From NCBI GenBank assembly GCA_965218975.1, contig OZ244717.1:766719-830718 (forward strand): DNA of 64,000 nucleotides. The letters are read 5' to 3'. The translations under genes were made by a program, and so were the position numbers. The notes below the pieces were generated by a model. That model did no database searches. It saw only the letters and a program-made list of their open reading frames with translations, and had not been told where the DNA came from. This document shows, piece by piece, positions 62,612-64,000 of the stretch; the stretch's first letter is position 1; every line of letters begins with the position of its first letter. Source of the stretch: Candidatus Oxydemutatoraceae bacterium (GTDB lineage Bacteria > Pseudomonadota > Gammaproteobacteria > Poriferisulfidales > Oxydemutatoraceae).

Positions 62612-63598
62612 ATGAAGAATAACCCACTGCCACGACTCGATAGATCACCAGAATTGCGGAGCAAATTGTTGCCGTATTGTCGTCTTCAATTAGGAGATAT
62701 TTGGGTGGATAAAGTGCGTGGTCATCGTGTTGGTTGTCTTGATGCTTCAAATCGTATGGCTGTAGACAGTATTATGGCTGGGGAACAGGCACAGTTGGCG
62801 ATTCATGATCCACCGTATAATCTTGCAGCGTTTGAAAAAAGATCAATAACAGAATTTATATCTTGGTGTCAGACATGGGTATCTCATACTTACAACGTAT
62901 TAGCTCCTAATTCTTCGTTATATGTCTGGATCGGTGCTGATCAAAATGATGGATTTCAACCTTTACCCGATTTTGTTCTCATGATGCGTGATCAATCTTT
63001 TCGTCCACGAAGTCTCATTACGATGAGAAATCAACGAGGATACGGTACTCAAAAAAATTGGATGGCTATTCGCCAAGAGTTACTTTATTACACAAAAGGA
63101 AATCCTCATTTCTATGTTGATGCCGAATACACAGATATCCCCAAAATCCTTCGTGGGTATTATAAAGAAGTCAATGGTAAGACTACGGAAAATCTGGAAC
63201 GAAGTCGTTCAGATACAATTCGAGCAGGTAATGTTTGGGTTGATGTTCAGCAAATATTTTATCGAATGGAGGAAAATGTTTCAGGGTGCTACGCACAAAA
63301 GCCCATAAAGTGTATTGATAGAATTGTTCGAGCAAGTTCTTCCCCTCATGATGTCGTGATTGATTTTTTTGCACACTCAGGAACGACTTTGATTGTATCT
63401 GAATTGCTCAACCGAAAATCCTTTACATTTGATGTTGATCCGATCTATGCCGAAATAACAATTCGTCGCCTTGAGCGATTTCGCTCTACGGGTCTCACGG
63501 GATGGCAAAATGGGAATCCTTTTGAGAAGGATGTACCCCACATCGGACTTGGGGAAATAATCATCCCTGAAACTGATTTCCAAGATACACTTTTTTGA
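62612..63598 (+). CDS. DNA methyltransferase, beta-class (probable N6-adenine)
   Basis: DPPY (IHDPPYN) lies N-terminal to the SAM-binding motif I (VIDFFAHSGTT), which is the motif order IV...I. Confidence 0.85.
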   Translation: MKNNPLPRLDRSPELRSKLLPYCRLQLGDIWVDKVRGHRVGCLDASNRMAVDSIMAGEQAQLAIHDPPYNLAAFEKRSITEFISWCQTWVSHTYNVLAPNSSLYVWIGADQNDGFQPLPDFVLMMRDQSFRPRSLITMRNQRGYGTQKNWMAIRQELLYYTKGNPHFYVDAEYTDIPKILRGYYKEVNGKTTENLERSRSDTIRAGNVWVDVQQIFYRMEENVSGCYAQKPIKCIDRIVRASSSPHDVVIDFFAHSGTTLIVSELLNRKSFTFDVDPIYAEITIRRLERFRSTGLTGWQNGNPFEKDVPHIGLGEIIIPETDFQDTLF

Positions 63599-63608
63599 GT
63601 TTTATCTT

Positions 63609-64000
63609 ATGGAGCGTTTAGAAAAGGTGCTCAATGGCTTGTTGATGCAGCTTTCTAATGAGAGCGACATCAGAGACAGACTCAGCAATCTTAAATCGGT
63701 CTATCCATTCAATGAGTATGAATACATTATATCCCATCTGCTTGCAATGAATGTTCTCACCTTGGATGGTTATTTTGAACTCCGAGATGAATACATGGAA
63801 AGAAATATGTTTCTTTATATTTTTGAAATCAGTGCACCTCGAACTTTTGGAGAATCATGGGCTCAAGGGCATTTGAAAGAGCTAGTGCAAAGTTTAAAAA
63901 AACCATCAAAGAAAATAGACCCAAATTATTCCAGTCAATATGATTTTTATTTAGATGGAATTCGCATTGAAGTAAAAGCCTCACGTGTAGTTGATGCGAA
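63609..64000 (+). CDS. Hypothetical protein with PD-(D/E)XK-like motif, possible cognate restriction endonuclease (3' end outside window)
   Basis: ATG at 63609, open to the window end. ...QYDFYLDGIRIEVKASR fits a D...E-x-K nuclease core. Starts 10 nt after the methyltransferase stop. Confidence 0.45.
   Translation, partial: MERLEKVLNGLLMQLSNESDIRDRLSNLKSVYPFNEYEYIISHLLAMNVLTLDGYFELRDEYMERNMFLYIFEISAPRTFGESWAQGHLKELVQSLKKPSKKIDPNYSSQYDFYLDGIRIEVKASRVVDA

Overview
This is a 64-kb chromosomal segment with gammaproteobacterium-like gene order; I cannot name the organism from sequence alone. The backbone is housekeeping blocks in E. coli/Pseudomonas-like synteny: hisF-hisE-tatABC-gpmI; suhB/trmJ ... 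iscRSUA-hscBA-fdx-iscX-ndk-rlmN ... rodZ-hisS-yfgM-bamB-der; queF; smc-zipA-ligA; glnK-amtB; bioD-purC; purEK; yhdH-like; grxD; ppa; mrdA-rodA-mltB-rlpA-dacA-dat. Accessory DNA interrupts this backbone in five places. (i) A perfect 6 x 241-bp tandem amplification of the tatC/gpmI junction (2175-3620). (ii) An island at about 5.8-12.6 kb. (iii) An 11.4-kb insertion between trmJ and iscR (14.3-25.8 kb). (iv) A visibly AT-richer sulfotransferase insertion behind a C-terminally altered rlmN. (v) A frameshifted IS1595 plus a methyltransferase/endonuclease-like pair at the right edge. The most unusual content is a family of IS-derived head-array-tail cassettes, with 3 complete and 2 partial copies. 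Together they hold 23 copies of a 98-nt multi-hairpin unit. On one strand every unit presents an ACA(A/U)GGA(U/C)G hairpin that matches the CsrA/RsmA binding consensus. This makes the arrays a candidate giant Csr/Rsm-type decoy RNA, or alternatively a self-proliferating MITE-like repeat; neither idea is tested. I recognised no rRNA, tRNA, CRISPR array or cas gene. All calls come from reading the sequence and the ORF translations and from motif recall; no database search was possible.
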